Notes under the pieces: generated by a model
Databases searched by the model: none
Seen by the model: the letters and a program-made list of their open reading frames with translations, nothing else
Told to the model about the DNA's origin: nothing
Part shown: positions 61,958-64,000 of the stretch, piece after piece
Layout: the number at the start of each line of letters is the position of its first letter
Position numbering within the stretch: position 1 is the first letter of the stretch
Assembly (NCBI GenBank): GCA_030950485.1
Contig: JAUZRK010000025.1
Coordinates: 8,236-72,235 of the forward strand
DNA: 64,000 bases
Source: Candidatus Dojkabacteria bacterium
GTDB taxonomy: Bacteria; Patescibacteriota; Dojkabacteria; J137
Direction of reading: 5' to 3'
Position numbers and translations under genes: made by a program

Positions 61958-62785
61958 CTAGTACATATACAGTAGTGACAAGATTAATATTAATACAACT
62001 ATGTACTCAAAGAAAATATCTTTATCGTATTTATGTTCTAGATCATGAACTATATAGCTACTTAATAAGTAGTAATAAATACTTGTTATTAGAGCATAGG
62101 CTATTGGTGCAACACTAATTTTATTCGCTAGTATCATTATGAAAAAATAACATGCTGTTCCAGTAAATGAATAGAGAATACTTTTCTTTGAGAGATTATG
62201 TCTAAATAGAGTCATGAAGTTTAAAAATAGAATTACACAAGTTCCTATAACTAAGCTAATGTAAAAGCTATAGTCATTTCTTTTACCAAAATTAAATATA
62301 TTATCAATCCATAAATATGAAAAGATAATACTCAAACTATCATAAATATAATTTGTTGATTTATTGATACTAATATTATTTTTATAGAACGAATGAATAT
62401 TTTCAAATAAAATTAAAAATAGAACAAAGCTTAATACTATAAAGAAAAGATAAAACTCAATTCCTTTATTAAAATATATAAAAATCACTATAGACCAATA
62501 AAGTAAGCTTGGAAAAAATAAGTGATGTATTACTTGTAATATGTTGTGATGTTTAAAATTATAGAAAATTTTCTTATTTGTTGTATGCTTCTCGTGATAA
62601 AAATTAGTTGTTATAAATAGTTCTAACAAAATTATTAAAAAGATAGTAATTGCGAATGTGAAGAAGTACTTATCTGGTAGAAGCTCGAATATTATTACTA
62701 ACAGACCTAAGCCGAAAGCTAAAAGAGCTGAATATACTATTGCTCTTTTCTCCCAATGTAAAATTTCTTTAGTTAAGTTTATCAT
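61958..62785 (-). CDS. Polytopic membrane protein of unknown function
   Basis: About 9 hydrophobic segments. Confidence 0.75.
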   Translation of the reverse strand: MINLTKEILHWEKRAIVYSALLAFGLGLLVIIFELLPDKYFFTFAITIFLIILLELFITTNFYHEKHTTNKKIFYNFKHHNILQVIHHLFFPSLLYWSIVIFIYFNKGIEFYLFFIVLSFVLFLILFENIHSFYKNNISINKSTNYIYDSLSIIFSYLWIDNIFNFGKRNDYSFYISLVIGTCVILFLNFMTLFRHNLSKKSILYSFTGTACYFFIMILANKISVAPIAYALITSIYYYLLSSYIVHDLEHKYDKDIFFEYIVVLILILSLLYMY

Positions 62786-62786
62786 C

Positions 62787-64000
62787 TTATAAAATACTTC
62801 CTGTTATACCCCCAATTGATAGAGTAGTAAAAGCTATTAAGAGAATTGAAAGATGTAGATGTGATTTGCTCCTTCTTACATCTAGCATATTTGTCTTCTT
62901 TAAATAAAAATAGTCAATTAATAATAAAATTGCTAAATATAAAATAAATATTATTGCAACGCTTGATTTTAAACTTTTAACATTTATACCTTCTATTTCT
63001 TCTTTTTCGTCAGCAGTTTTATTCAACTCATTTAGAATATCTTTAGAAAAAAGCTCAAACTGTTGTTTATTACCTGCTAAATCTTCAATATAAAATAATG
63101 TTGATTCTGTATCCAGAATAGAAGAACTTACAGTTACTCTCCAAAAATCTTCAGCAATCTCCTTCATTTTATATCCTGATTTGTTTAGACTTAAAGTACT
63201 TATATCTTCACTAACTGGAATATAAATTAAAATATTGTCATTCTTTTTTTCATAAGTAATATCTGATAAGTACAAGAAAGGCTTTTCAGTATCTACTGAT
63301 ATCTTTATTTCCTTAGAATCTTGATTTATCTGAGATACGTTTATTCTATTTTCTCCTTCATTTAAATCAAAACTTGGTTTGTAATAGTAAGCTCCTCCAT
63401 TGGGAAGAATTCTACCCACTTCCTGTTGGTTTACCTTAAGTAGTACTTCATCTCCAGTAGGAGCCCCTCCATTGATCTCAGGTCTAAGTGTATTAATTAT
63501 GCTTCCGTCAACTGGACTGTCAATACTTAATTCCTGATTTAAAGAGTTTATATCTCCAGCAGCAGCCACCTGTAAGCTTTTGCTTGCTGGCTTTCCAAAA
63601 TGTACAATTAAGATAGTATTGTTAGACTTACCTTGATAGTCACCAGTTATAATTCCAAATCCGATTTCCTCATAGTTAGGGTTAAGTATATTATCTCTGT
63701 GAGTTTTACTGTTCATCCAAGCATTCATTGTTGAGTCAACTCCTGTAAAACCTTCAGCCAAATTTTCGCCAATATGAATATAATCATAATCAACGTCAAA
63801 AAAGAAATCTCTCCAATCTTTACCATCTGGACAATAATGTGACCAGCAGTTATTTTCTAACATTACCCTACCTTTATTACTTGCAGATATACTTAATTTT
63901 GTATTTAATTTTAGAGGACTTAATCCATTTGATTCCCTTACCTGGTTATGACTTTCTAGTAGCTCGTTTATTTCAAAAGAAGCACTAGTTTTAGTATAGG
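62787..64000 (-). CDS. CAP/SCP domain protein with Ig-like domain and C-terminal TMs, 5'-partial
   Basis: Frame open to window end (HNQVRESNGLSPL); WSH, GENLA, AWMNSKTHRDNIL. Confidence 0.88.
   Translation of the reverse strand, partial: YTKTSASFEINELLESHNQVRESNGLSPLKLNTKLSISASNKGRVMLENNCWSHYCPDGKDWRDFFFDVDYDYIHIGENLAEGFTGVDSTMNAWMNSKTHRDNILNPNYEEIGFGIITGDYQGKSNNTILIVHFGKPASKSLQVAAAGDINSLNQELSIDSPVDGSIINTLRPEINGGAPTGDEVLLKVNQQEVGRILPNGGAYYYKPSFDLNEGENRINVSQINQDSKEIKISVDTEKPFLYLSDITYEKKNDNILIYIPVSEDISTLSLNKSGYKMKEIAEDFWRVTVSSSILDTESTLFYIEDLAGNKQQFELFSKDILNELNKTADEKEEIEGINVKSLKSSVAIIFILYLAILLLIDYFYLKKTNMLDVRRSKSHLHLSILLIAFTTLSIGGITGSIL

Noticed and set aside
1-64000. Stop-codon reassignment (TAA, TAG or TGA) to explain the in-frame stops
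   Set aside because: All three stops end intact conserved genes at expected positions, Trp is encoded by TGG, and core genes have no internal stops

Overview
AT-rich bacterial chromosomal window (about 30% GC by eye, standard code 11). Gene content, AT-rich leaders without Shine-Dalgarno sites and many acidic orphan ORFs suggest a reduced-genome Patescibacteria/CPR organism, possibly Dojkabacteria-like (inference). Intact housekeeping genes include gpmI, pyk, pth, glyA, folD, yaaA, typA, gatC, thpR, yhaM, two ABC-F ATPases, a Xer-type recombinase and envelope hydrolases. There are five tRNAs (His, Lys-CTT, Arg-TCT, Gln-CTG, Lys-TTT). Accessory genes are heavily decayed: about ten in-frame nonsense codons, several frameshifts, micro-duplications and deletion junctions. 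Two candidates stand out. (1) An unannotated ~126-nt 6S-like RNA at 13658-13783 with its own promoter and an alternative 3' hairpin. (2) A coupled operon (PLP fold-II enzyme, FAM173-like methyltransferase, ATP-grasp ligase, NlpC/P60-like peptidase) divergent from a LysW-like Zn-ribbon protein ending in QEEK, a possible carrier-protein-based modification pathway. Also noted: a RAYT/REP remnant with related palindromes, orphaned tandem NrdR-like boxes, tandem DUF3419-like paralogs and orphans carrying enzyme-like motifs. No CRISPR array, rRNA or prophage was seen. All family calls come from motif recognition, not database searches.
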